Shown piece by piece: positions 25,533 to 32,858 of a stretch of 35,775 nt of DNA. The position numbers were made by a program, and so were the translations under genes. Source of the DNA: Patescibacteria group bacterium UBA2193. GTDB taxonomy: Bacteria; Patescibacteriota; Minisyncoccia; Moranbacterales; DUUL01. Each line of letters begins with the position of its first letter. Position 1 is the first letter of the stretch. The stretch is taken from assembly GCA_002327335.1 (NCBI GenBank), contig DCVH01000032.1, forward strand, positions 1-35,775. The letters are read 5' to 3'. Below the pieces are notes generated by a model that saw nothing but the letters and a program-made list of their open reading frames with translations, did no database searches and had not been told where the DNA came from.

Positions 25533-26297
25533 TTACAGTCTCTCCCACATAAATTCCAAATATGTCTTGATTGTTTCGGCGATTGATTTATCTTCTATTA
25601 GTGTCGCCGTTATTTTGTCGTAAGATATAAGTGCAGTTAGATTGCCGGAGACAACAATATCAGCAGAAAGTTTAATTTCGGGCGGAAGAAATTTTGTATG
25701 TGTTGCTCCTTTGCCAATTTCAGCAAATTTACGATTGAGTGGCGTATCTTCCAAAATCATTCGATAAAAAACATTTTGTTTTTTTATATTTTCAAAATAT
25801 TTTTCTTCCATTTTAGCAGGAATTGCCTTAATTGCGGTTTCGTATGATCCGCAATTTATCGCTTCATGGCTTTTCAAAATATACTCATCAAAAATCTTGT
25901 TAATTCCATCCACTCCTTCGAAAAACTTTACCTGCGGTTTATTTTCCTGGTTAATATCAATCGCTTTGAGTATTGGCAGAATGGTATTTTGCAACAACGC
26001 CTCTTCTTTTTTTACTGCCTCTCGTTTTTTTTCAATAAGTTGATTGATGTTATCAGGGCTTTCCGCAACAAATAATTTCTTCTTACCTTTTCGGCTTTCT
26101 GCGATGAGTCCTTTTTGCTTCAATTCATCCAGAGCAGAATAGACGCTCACGCGATTTACTCCAGTTGTTCGAGAAACATCTTGAACAGAAGAAGCGCCGT
26201 TTTCCAAAAGTGAAAGATAGGTTAAAATCTCTTTTTCCGTGAAATTAAGTTGTAAAAGAGCTTTTGTCAGATTTTCTGAGATGATTTTCTTTTTCAT
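25533..26297 (-). CDS. TrmB-family transcriptional regulator (paralog 2 of 4)
   Basis: 254 aa. The wHTH is FTEKEILTYLSLLENGASSVQDVSRTTGVNRVSVYSALDELKQKGL. The C-terminal ending is YLEFMWERL. Confidence 0.8.
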   Translation of the reverse strand: MKKKIISENLTKALLQLNFTEKEILTYLSLLENGASSVQDVSRTTGVNRVSVYSALDELKQKGLIAESRKGKKKLFVAESPDNINQLIEKKREAVKKEEALLQNTILPILKAIDINQENKPQVKFFEGVDGINKIFDEYILKSHEAINCGSYETAIKAIPAKMEEKYFENIKKQNVFYRMILEDTPLNRKFAEIGKGATHTKFLPPEIKLSADIVVSGNLTALISYDKITATLIEDKSIAETIKTYLEFMWERL

Positions 26298-26421
26298 AAT
26301 CTAACGATTTAGTATGCACTGGATTTGGTGTTTAGTCAAAGCAATATATACAAATTATGATTAAAAATTAAATTAATACCAAAATATGCTTTATCTATAG
26401 GATTATTTAGTTATTCAAATG

Positions 26422-26442
26422 TTGTAAATCTATTATTTACAA
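26422..26442. promoter_or_regulatory. Candidate operator palindrome upstream of TrmB2
   Basis: TTGTAAAT-CTATT-ATTTACAA is a perfect 8-bp inverted repeat, ~125 nt upstream of the TrmB2 start. Confidence 0.35.
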
Positions 26443-26477
26443 ATATAGCATATTCGTTAAAAAAATCAATAAAAAAC

Positions 26478-26496
26478 GCCTCAGATTTCCCGAGGC
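26478..26496. terminator. Possible bidirectional terminator after the STAS-like gene
   Basis: The GCCTC-N9-GAGGC stem is only 5 bp, so it is weak. It is flanked by an A6 run and a T5 run. Confidence 0.4.
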
Positions 26497-26548
26497 ATTT
26501 TTGTGTTTATGAGATTAGAAATACCTCGTCTGGGCATCTCTACAAAAT

Positions 26549-26830
26549 TTATATCTTCAAATCCGAATATTCCCGCAAAGTTTTCAGTGTCGCTTGTACT
26601 GTTTCATTTTCAGTGTTTGTTAGTTTCACATTTTTGAATTTTTCAGCAATTTTTGTGATTACTTCATCCGCCCAAGACGGCGCTATGACTTTCACACCAG
26701 AAAAATCAATTTCAATTTCCTCATCTTCTTTAAGATCTTTCAAATTATAAGCTGAAATTGTCAAAAATGCCTCTCGACCGGCAGGACGAGAAACTAGGAC
26801 ATCACCAATTTTTTGCAGTTCAATACGCAT
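26549..26830 (-). CDS. STAS-like protein (DUF4325-type, anti-sigma-antagonist-like fold)
   Basis: 93 aa. The pattern VLVSRPAGREA...IEIDFSGVKVIAPSWADEVI is typical of small STAS-like proteins that partner with GHKL ATPases. Confidence 0.6.
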   Translation of the reverse strand: MRIELQKIGDVLVSRPAGREAFLTISAYNLKDLKEDEEIEIDFSGVKVIAPSWADEVITKIAEKFKNVKLTNTENETVQATLKTLREYSDLKI

Positions 26831-26834
26831 AAAA

Positions 26835-27437
26835 TTATAAGGTTATTATTGCTAAACATCCTCCAATATCCTCCAAGTTTTCTTCTATTTTCATTTGATC
26901 ATTTAGTTCCGCTTTAGCAGCTCCGCTATAAAAAGTTAGATGCATTTTTTTGCTTTGCACATTTTCTCTCACAAATTTTAAACCATTGCCACGTTTTTCC
27001 GGAGCCCGCCCAGAAATTCTTTCAGTAAAGGCCGTCATCAATGCCTCTTGGTCGTTTTTGATTTCCGATTTAACTCTTTTAAGCGTGTTGAAAATTCCGC
27101 GTCCTCTATCGGCTAAAACTATCTCTATTTTGTTTTCAGAAAAAGAATATCCAAAAAATATTCCTGGGACATCCTTCCAGTTCCCAACATTATGGTCAAA
27201 AGAATTATTAGCGATTTCACCAACTACTGCAGAAACAATTGAGGCATCCTTTTCTCTTTTTTCAAAAAGCTCCCTGACCATTCTCCCAAATCTCGCCTCA
27301 AAAACATCTCTCGTCGCACAGTAAAAATCACTGGCAATATCAACATTGCTAGCTTTCGCCATAATCCACTCATAAGCTAATTTTCTTTGGGAATTTTCCA
27401 TGTTTTTATTATAGTTTATTTTAAGGTTAAAAGTCAA
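26835..27437 (-). CDS. GHKL-type ATPase / anti-sigma-factor-like serine kinase (RsbW/SpoIIAB-like)
   Basis: The N-box is GEIANNSFDHN, the G1 box is ADRGRGI and the G2 box is RGNGLKFV. The listed start at 27437 is TTG. The in-frame ATG at 27401 (MENSQRK) is the more likely start. Confidence 0.65.
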   Translation of the reverse strand: MTFNLKINYNKNMENSQRKLAYEWIMAKASNVDIASDFYCATRDVFEARFGRMVRELFEKREKDASIVSAVVGEIANNSFDHNVGNWKDVPGIFFGYSFSENKIEIVLADRGRGIFNTLKRVKSEIKNDQEALMTAFTERISGRAPEKRGNGLKFVRENVQSKKMHLTFYSGAAKAELNDQMKIEENLEDIGGCLAIITL

Positions 27438-27451
27438 AAATCAAAATAGTT

Positions 27452-28198
27452 TTAATTTTCTGAATTTCCCGCCCCTCTCCACGCCAACTCAAAAATCGCC
27501 TTTTGCGAACGGGCGATTTCGGCTGATTCTATAATCATGCCAAACATTTCCGTTCCATAGCTGGCGATGGCGATTTTGTTTTTGTAGATATTGGTTTCGT
27601 TGGAAATTGGAAAATCTTTTTCGTTTAGAATTATCACTTCACGAAGTTGCTGTGCGTTATTTTCCATGTATTTTCTGATCGCAGGAGAATCTTTATAGAT
27701 CCCTCGAAGTCTGATGCTTTTTGACACTCTTCTTTTTATGTAATTATCCGAATATTTTTGAAGATTTTTCAGTGTATCTTCCCCCACGTAAGCCAGAATT
27801 TCATCACCTTTTTTTAAACTTTTAAGACTGTCTTCCCACATTTCTTTGATTCCTTCCTTGCCTTCAAAATATCTAATAAGCGGTTTTTCTTTTGGTGAAT
27901 TGTAGAGATTCTGAAGAGAAGGCATTATGGAATTTATCCTTTCCTCTTTTTCTTTGATTTTTTTGATTAAAATTTCCGGATCAGCCGGAGAAAAATATTT
28001 CACATTGCCTTTGATTGATTTGTAGATCAAACCTTCTTTCATCAATTGATTAACAATATCATAGACAGTCGGACGTTTCAGCCCGACTTTTTTTGCTAAT
28101 GAATAGGCGGTTACCCCTCCCATTTCCAAGGTTGCCAGATAGACTTCCGCTTTTTTATCTTCCATTCCAAATTGTCTCAAAATTTCTTTTATTTCCAT
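27452..28198 (-). CDS. TrmB-family transcriptional regulator (paralog 3 of 4)
   Basis: 248 aa. The wHTH is EDKKAEVYLATLEMGGVTAYSLAKKVGLKRPTVYDIVNQLMKEGL. The C-terminal ending is FELAWRGAG. Confidence 0.8.
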   Translation of the reverse strand: MEIKEILRQFGMEDKKAEVYLATLEMGGVTAYSLAKKVGLKRPTVYDIVNQLMKEGLIYKSIKGNVKYFSPADPEILIKKIKEKEERINSIMPSLQNLYNSPKEKPLIRYFEGKEGIKEMWEDSLKSLKKGDEILAYVGEDTLKNLQKYSDNYIKRRVSKSIRLRGIYKDSPAIRKYMENNAQQLREVIILNEKDFPISNETNIYKNKIAIASYGTEMFGMIIESAEIARSQKAIFELAWRGAGNSEN

Positions 28199-28204
28199 CT
28201 CATT

Positions 28205-28228
28205 GTCATCCCCGTGAAAACGGGAATC
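28205..28228. repeat. REP-like palindromic element, copy a
   Basis: GTCATCCCCGTGAAAACGGGAATC lies 7 nt upstream of the TrmB3 start codon. It belongs to the family GTCATYCCCRYGAAWRYGGGRATC. Confidence 0.7.
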
Positions 28229-28361
28229 TAGTTCAATAAATTATTCTATTCGTAATTTTCCGACTACTGAATATAGCCTAGCATAATTGCCAAATAAGTC
28301 AATTAATAAAGGCTTTGTAAGATAATTTAGAAACGCAATTAATAAATTATGACGGTAAACA

Positions 28362-28389
28362 TTGAATATATTATTTAGAAGAGTATAAT
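28362..28389 (+). promoter_or_regulatory. Putative promoter of the radical SAM cluster
   Basis: TTGAAT (28362-28367), a 16-nt spacer, then TATAAT (28384-28389). Confidence 0.45.
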
Positions 28390-28442
28390 AAACAGTTCCA
28401 GTTCGTTGACAATTACATAATATTCAAAGAAGGAGCTAGCCA

Positions 28443-28634
28443 ATGTTTACTCAAAATGTTGTTGAAGGTTTTGTTTGTTTTTCATTTGCTTCACCCTTTT
28501 TAGCAATTCTGATTACGGCTTTTATTGTAAATAGGCAAGATAAAAAAATGCTCAAGTTATTAGTTATCAAACTGATGGAGGGTGCTCTTATTATTCGCCT
28601 CATTTATTTTCTTAGTTTTAAGGTAATACATTAA
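28443..28634 (+). CDS. Small hydrophobic protein (63 aa, ~2 TM segments)
   Basis: The SD AGGAG (28431-28435) lies 7 nt before the ATG. Hydrophobic stretches are FVCFSFASPFLAILITAFIV and ALIIRLIYFLSF. It is the first gene of the radical SAM cluster. Confidence 0.55.
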   Translation: MFTQNVVEGFVCFSFASPFLAILITAFIVNRQDKKMLKLLVIKLMEGALIIRLIYFLSFKVIH

Positions 28635-28656
28635 AAAAAATCGGGGGGGGATAAAA

Positions 28657-29760
28657 ATGAAGAAAATAGAACAAGAAATAAAATTCCACAAGGAAAAACT
28701 TTGGGCTTATTGGCGGAAGAATCTTGGCGAAAAATTTGCCAAACATCCATTAGAAATAATTCAATGGGAGGCGACGAGAAGATGTGATTTACAATGTAAA
28801 CATTGCGGATCGCCAAGGGAAAACGTAAATCTTCAAAGCGAATTATCAACTAAAGAAGTCATTTCTGCTTTTACTCAAATAAAAAACGGCATTGATCTCA
28901 GCGGATTCAAATTTATCACTATTACCGGTGGCGAGCCATTTTTAAGAGCTGATTTATTTAAGGTTTTGGCTTTATTTAAATCATTCGGCTGGATAACAAC
29001 AATTCAGACTAATGGAAATTTTTTGGCACAAAATCCGGAAAGAATTCCAGAACTTTTGAATTTGGGGGTGGCTGGGATTGGTCTTGATCTTGATGGCGCT
29101 GAAGAATTGCATGATGATCTGCGTTGTCGTTTGGGGCATTGGCGACAAACCAGAGAGCTTGTTAAAAAACTTCTTAAGTACAGTGACGTTTTGCACACAA
29201 CCGTTACTACGGTTGTGTCAAAACAAAACATTTCAAGTCTTCCGAATCTTTGGAAGGAAATCGAGATATTGGATTCTCATCGCTGGAGACTTTTGCCGAT
29301 TGAAAATATTGGTCGTGCAAAAAATAAAAATTTAGCGTTAGATAGAGCAGACTATTTAAACCTTTTGAGTTTTGTGACCGAAAAAAGATTACTGAAATTA
29401 AATGAGCAATCAGTGCAAACTGAGTTGGGTTGCGTCGGCTGGTTTGGAAAAAATCTGGAAGGCGCAATTCGTCCTTATGTTTGGTCTTGTATTGCCGGGC
29501 GGACATGTCTTGGAATTATGTATGATGGAGGAATCAGTGCTTGTGCTCACATTGATCGGGCATTTTTGCAAGGCAATGTGCGTAAGGATAATATTTATGA
29601 TGTTTGGGAGAATAGTTTCGAAATTTTTCGTGATCGCCCCAAACAAAAGATTTGTCTGTGCTGTCCGGAAAAAGATTTCTGCACTTTGTCGATGCATAAA
29701 CTTGATGCATTCGGCAGAATACGTGAATGCGTATTTAATAATCTAACGGAAGGGAGGTGA
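28657..29760 (+). CDS. Radical SAM enzyme with a C-terminal SPASM/twitch-like Cys-rich domain
   Basis: 367 aa. ATRRCDLQCKHCGS provides the CX3CX2C motif and ITGGEPFLR the SAM-binding GGE motif. C-terminal cysteine clusters are WSCIAGRTCLGIMYDGGISACAH and ICLCCPEKDFC. Confidence 0.85.
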   Translation: MKKIEQEIKFHKEKLWAYWRKNLGEKFAKHPLEIIQWEATRRCDLQCKHCGSPRENVNLQSELSTKEVISAFTQIKNGIDLSGFKFITITGGEPFLRADLFKVLALFKSFGWITTIQTNGNFLAQNPERIPELLNLGVAGIGLDLDGAEELHDDLRCRLGHWRQTRELVKKLLKYSDVLHTTVTTVVSKQNISSLPNLWKEIEILDSHRWRLLPIENIGRAKNKNLALDRADYLNLLSFVTEKRLLKLNEQSVQTELGCVGWFGKNLEGAIRPYVWSCIAGRTCLGIMYDGGISACAHIDRAFLQGNVRKDNIYDVWENSFEIFRDRPKQKICLCCPEKDFCTLSMHKLDAFGRIRECVFNNLTEGR

Positions 29761-29765
29761 GATTA

Positions 29766-29942
29766 ATGATGGTGATTATTGATGGGAAAAGTATACAATT
29801 GGCTCCTGAAGCTGTCGAAAGAATAGCAGGGAAAATGAAAGAGCTTAGCGAGACAGTCGCCAAGGCGCTTGATGCTGATCCAACAGCAGGAGTATATTCA
29901 ATGTATGTTGCCTTTCCTGCTATCGAACAAGTTCGGGCATAA
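29766..29942 (+). CDS. Short peptide ORF (58 aa), candidate precursor peptide or accessory protein
   Basis: The SD GGAGG (29753-29757) overlaps the end of the radical SAM gene, and the ATG is at 29766. The ORF track starts it at GTG 29757. It is Cys-free with an aromatic-rich C-terminus: AGVYSMYVAFPAIEQVRA. Confidence 0.6.
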   Translation: MMVIIDGKSIQLAPEAVERIAGKMKELSETVAKALDADPTAGVYSMYVAFPAIEQVRA

Positions 29943-29958
29943 TTTCAACAGTTAAATG

Positions 29959-29989
29959 GAGGCGAGCTTCTGGAGAAGAAGCCCGCCTC
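29959..29989 (+). promoter_or_regulatory. GC-rich stem-loop between the peptide ORF and the methyltransferase gene
   Basis: GAGGCGAGCUUC pairs with GAAGCCCGCCUC at 11 of 12 positions around a 7-nt loop. No U-tract follows. Confidence 0.6.
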
Positions 29990-30007
29990 AAAGTTAAGAG
30001 GTGAAAG

Positions 30008-30724
30008 ATGAATGATGCTGTGGAAAAGGTTAGAAAATTTTACGAAACATTTGATTTCAGCAAAATTATTACTAACTCACCAAAACAAATTCAGGATTTT
30101 TTAGACAAAGAAAATGAATGGATTAGGAATCATCTTTGGATCGGGAAAAATGTTTTAGAAATTGGTTGTGGCTATGGGAGGCTTACTGAAAAAATTGCTT
30201 CACTCGCAAAAAGTATAGCAGGAATTGATTATAGCTTGCCTCTTATCGAAAAGAGCAGGATTTCATTGGTAGCGTTGTCTAATATTTCGTTGGCTCTTAT
30301 GGACGCTACTGAATTGGGGTTTGCAAAAAATATTTTTGGTAGCGTTGTTTGTTTTAATGCTTCTTTCTCTAATATGCCGGGGATTGAAATAAAAGTGTTG
30401 CGCGAGATGAAACGGGTTTGTAAAAATGGTGGGGAAGTAATATTTTCTGTTTTATCGGAAAAAGCAAAAAAAGCTCAATTGGAAAATTATTTAAGACTGG
30501 GATTAAAAATTATTAATCAGGATAAGAATTCAATCACAACCAAAGAAGGATTAGTTTCGTGTCGTTTCTCTCGAAAAGATCTTGAGTTTCTTTTAAATCG
30601 AATGAAAATGGAATATGAGATAATAGAGTTTTGTTCAATTGGATATTTGGTAATTGCAAAAAAGCGGAGTGATTATTACATCACATCCGCTTTTTTCTAT
30701 CTTAAATATGCGGTTTTCTATTGA
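30008..30724 (+). CDS. Class I SAM-dependent methyltransferase
   Basis: 238 aa. Motif I is VLEIGCGYGRLT, with GIDYS and CKNGGEVIFSV downstream. The SD is AAGAGGTGA. The last ~20 codons run through a terminator hairpin and repeat element. Confidence 0.75.
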   Translation: MNDAVEKVRKFYETFDFSKIITNSPKQIQDFLDKENEWIRNHLWIGKNVLEIGCGYGRLTEKIASLAKSIAGIDYSLPLIEKSRISLVALSNISLALMDATELGFAKNIFGSVVCFNASFSNMPGIEIKVLREMKRVCKNGGEVIFSVLSEKAKKAQLENYLRLGLKIINQDKNSITTKEGLVSCRFSRKDLEFLLNRMKMEYEIIEFCSIGYLVIAKKRSDYYITSAFFYLKYAVFY

Positions 30725-30783
30725 ATGGATCACCGCCTTGCGCCACCGCTAAAGCTTTGGCGACACGCGGTCGCGGGGATGAC
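30664..30783. repeat. Composite element: terminator hairpin (family H, copy 2), conserved spacer and a long REP-like palindrome
   Basis: The hairpin GCGGA-G-UGAU...AUCA-CA-UCCGC plus U6 spans 30664-30696. The spacer matches the copy at 32881 at 41/51 positions (hand alignment, no gaps). It ends in GGATCACCGC...CGCGGGGATGAC (30727-30783). Confidence 0.7.
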
Positions 30784-30795
30784 AAAAGGGCAAGG

Positions 30796-31533
30796 TTATT
30801 TTATGGAATTCCACATAAAATTGAAGAGTTCTTTTTGGAGGCGGATGATGTTTTTGTTTTCGATTGCCATCACCATAACAGGTGGGGTGGTTTGGTGGAT
30901 GAGGATTTTGTAAGGGGTGATTGTGATTGAGGCAGAAAGCTGGATTTCTTGAGGAAAAATTTTGATTTGCATGTTATAGATCGTTTCATTTTGTTTGTAT
31001 TTTCTGGCGATTTCAGAATCTTGCAGGAGAAGCCTGTTATTTAGTTTTTTGTTTGCACGTTTTTCGACAAATTTTTCAAAAAACTTTTGATCTTCCGACA
31101 TCCATTTGGCGGAATCGCTGATAACCCAATAATCTTCACCAAATTTCACCTCATCCAAAAGATCGAGGTGAATATTTTTTATTGCTTCCACTCCTTCGTA
31201 ATATTTTATTAAACTGCTTCCTCCCTCGGCGCTGTATAGAGTTTTCAAGTCAGGAAGACTTTCTTGCAGTTTTTGTTTTTTGTTTTCTATGATTCTTTCT
31301 AGTTTATCGGGATTTTCAGCAGAATAGAAGGTTTTCCAGCCTATTTGTTCAATTTTCATCAAACCCATCTGTTTGAGACTCTCCACCGCTGAATAGACGG
31401 TGGTTCTTTTAATTTCTGAAGCTTTGGAAATCTTTAGGATGGTGGTTTTCCCAAGAGAAAGGGCATTGAGATAGACGGTTGCTTCATTCTCGCTGAGCCC
31501 CATTTCAATTAGGTTTTTTTGTAGATTATTCAT
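30796..31533 (-). CDS. TrmB-family transcriptional regulator (paralog 4 of 4)
   Basis: 245 aa. The wHTH is LSENEATVYLNALSLGKTTILKISKASEIKRTTVYSAVESLKQMGL. The C-terminal ending is FNFMWNSIK. Confidence 0.8.
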   Translation of the reverse strand: MNNLQKNLIEMGLSENEATVYLNALSLGKTTILKISKASEIKRTTVYSAVESLKQMGLMKIEQIGWKTFYSAENPDKLERIIENKKQKLQESLPDLKTLYSAEGGSSLIKYYEGVEAIKNIHLDLLDEVKFGEDYWVISDSAKWMSEDQKFFEKFVEKRANKKLNNRLLLQDSEIARKYKQNETIYNMQIKIFPQEIQLSASITITPYKILIHQTTPPVMVMAIENKNIIRLQKELFNFMWNSIK

Positions 31534-31568
31534 ATCACAGAATTATTTTTTTGTATAAAAATTTTCTT

Positions 31569-31670
31569 GTCATCCCCGCGAATGCGGGGATCCAGTTTGT
31601 AGTAGAACTTATTTAACAAGGCAAGATTGTGTTTATCAATCTTCTGGATTCCCATTTTCATGGGAATGAC
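31569..31670. repeat. Inverted pair of REP-like palindromes (MITE-like, ~102 bp)
   Basis: GTCATCCCCGCGAATGCGGGGATCC (31569-31593) and the inverted copy GGATTCCCATTTTCATGGGAATGAC (31646-31670) are separated by 52 nt. No coding capacity lies between them. Confidence 0.65.
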
Positions 31671-31904
31671 AGTTTTGTGTCTAAAAATATGACAACTAAT
31701 TATATCTTAAAATAAAGCTTTAAATAAGTCAATAATATTCCGTGTCGACAGATATGACACAAATTTGATTTTGAGGTATTATTCAGTGTTAAACAATGAG
31801 GTTTAACAAGTTCATTGAAAACTAAATAAATCGCAAAGGCCCGGTCCGCCCAAGGCGGATGGTCGGGAGCTACACTGGCGAAAAGATTGATAAGGAGAGT
31901 AAAA

Positions 31905-32303
31905 ATGGATGAATATAAGTTAAGGGTAAATAGTGTTACAGACTATGGTAAATACATTATATCTAAACAGGGAAGCGAGCTTGTTTTTGACGCTTTGGGA
32001 TATGATGATTTGGGTAGAAAAGGATTGCTACATAAACATATTGCAAAACACAAAGGACTAGAAGAAGAAGCTGTTTTAGGAGGTGGAAAAGTTTCAATAA
32101 ATGAAGGAGGACTATGTATTTATGATTATTCAGTTGAATTTGGTTCAATTCCTAAAAAATTGCTTGATGCTTTTGAGTCTTTGTTGAAAAAAGCTTATAG
32201 CGATAAGGGCATAGTTATTGGGGAATATTCGGCAGATCAGGGGGATGGACTTATTGGCGCAAGCCACCACCCTAGTGTGATGAATTTTATAGAATCTTTG
32301 TAG
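31905..32303 (+). CDS. Hypothetical protein (132 aa from the SD-supported start)
   Basis: The SD TAAGGAGA lies 6-7 nt before the ATG at 31905. The ORF track begins at 31887. No motif was recognised. Confidence 0.6.
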   Translation: MDEYKLRVNSVTDYGKYIISKQGSELVFDALGYDDLGRKGLLHKHIAKHKGLEEEAVLGGGKVSINEGGLCIYDYSVEFGSIPKKLLDAFESLLKKAYSDKGIVIGEYSADQGDGLIGASHHPSVMNFIESL

Positions 32304-32432
32304 CTTGTTGTTTTATTTAATCTTCTTGTTCCTGCTTCTCGACAAATGCAGAGCTCAATGAAATTTGTTGGCGAGGAAATGTCTGTTGTTATTTTTATTG
32401 GATTTTTGGTTGTAATCAAAGGTTGTGCGAAA

Positions 32433-32461
32433 GCGGAGCGTGATTATCAAATCACCTCCGC
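32433..32461 (+). terminator. Hairpin family H, copy 3 (possible terminator of the 31905 gene)
   Basis: GCGGAG-C-GUGAU / AUCAC-CUCCGC. Only a weak U-tract follows. Confidence 0.45.
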
Positions 32462-32492
32462 TTCAAAAACAACCTATAAAAAGGAGAAAAAA

Positions 32493-32849
32493 ATGAAAAT
32501 AATTTTTTTGGGCGAAGAAGTTGAGTTACCGGAAGAAATATTGGTGCCTGAAAACAATAGTTGCATCGCATTTTCTGGTGATGTAATAAATGGCAATGGG
32601 TATTTTTCGGATTCATCGGAAAATCTGTGTAATCTATTAGAAGAAATTGGGATTGAAAAATCTTTGGAATTTTTGAAAGAGTTGAAAAATCGCATGGTCA
32701 TACCAAGTCTTGGGAATTTATTGGCCTTTATTGCCTTCAAGAAGGATGGCGTTGATAAAAGAGAAGAGACAAGAGTTAGAACTGAAAAATTAAATGAAAC
32801 GACAAAGGCACTGGACTTGTTAATTGAGGTCCTAGAAAAAAATAAGTAA
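32493..32849 (+). CDS. Hypothetical protein (118 aa from the SD-supported start)
   Basis: The SD AAGGAG (32481-32486) precedes the ATG at 32493 (MKIIFLGEE...). The longer ORF from 32346 reads through hairpin copy 3 and is considered an artefactual extension. Confidence 0.6.
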   Translation: MKIIFLGEEVELPEEILVPENNSCIAFSGDVINGNGYFSDSSENLCNLLEEIGIEKSLEFLKELKNRMVIPSLGNLLAFIAFKKDGVDKREETRVRTEKLNETTKALDLLIEVLEKNK

Positions 32850-32858
32850 AATCAAAAA

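Noticed and set aside
30721-30930. ORFs of 69 aa and 62 aa after the methyltransferase (30721-30930 and 30725-30913).
   Set aside because: They are translations of the GC-rich REP-like palindrome, a known source of spurious ORFs. They also overlap the 3' end of TrmB paralog 4 on the other strand.
31838-31880. A possible guanidine (ykkC-type) or other known riboswitch in the leader of the 132-aa ORF.
   Set aside because: Only short fragments resemble the consensus, and the element is too short with motifs in the wrong order. It is kept only as an unclassified structure in the findings.
32346-32492. An N-terminal 49-aa extension of the ORF ending at 32849.
   Set aside because: The extension reads through hairpin family copy 3 (32433-32461) and lacks an SD. 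The internal ATG at 32493 has a canonical AAGGAG.
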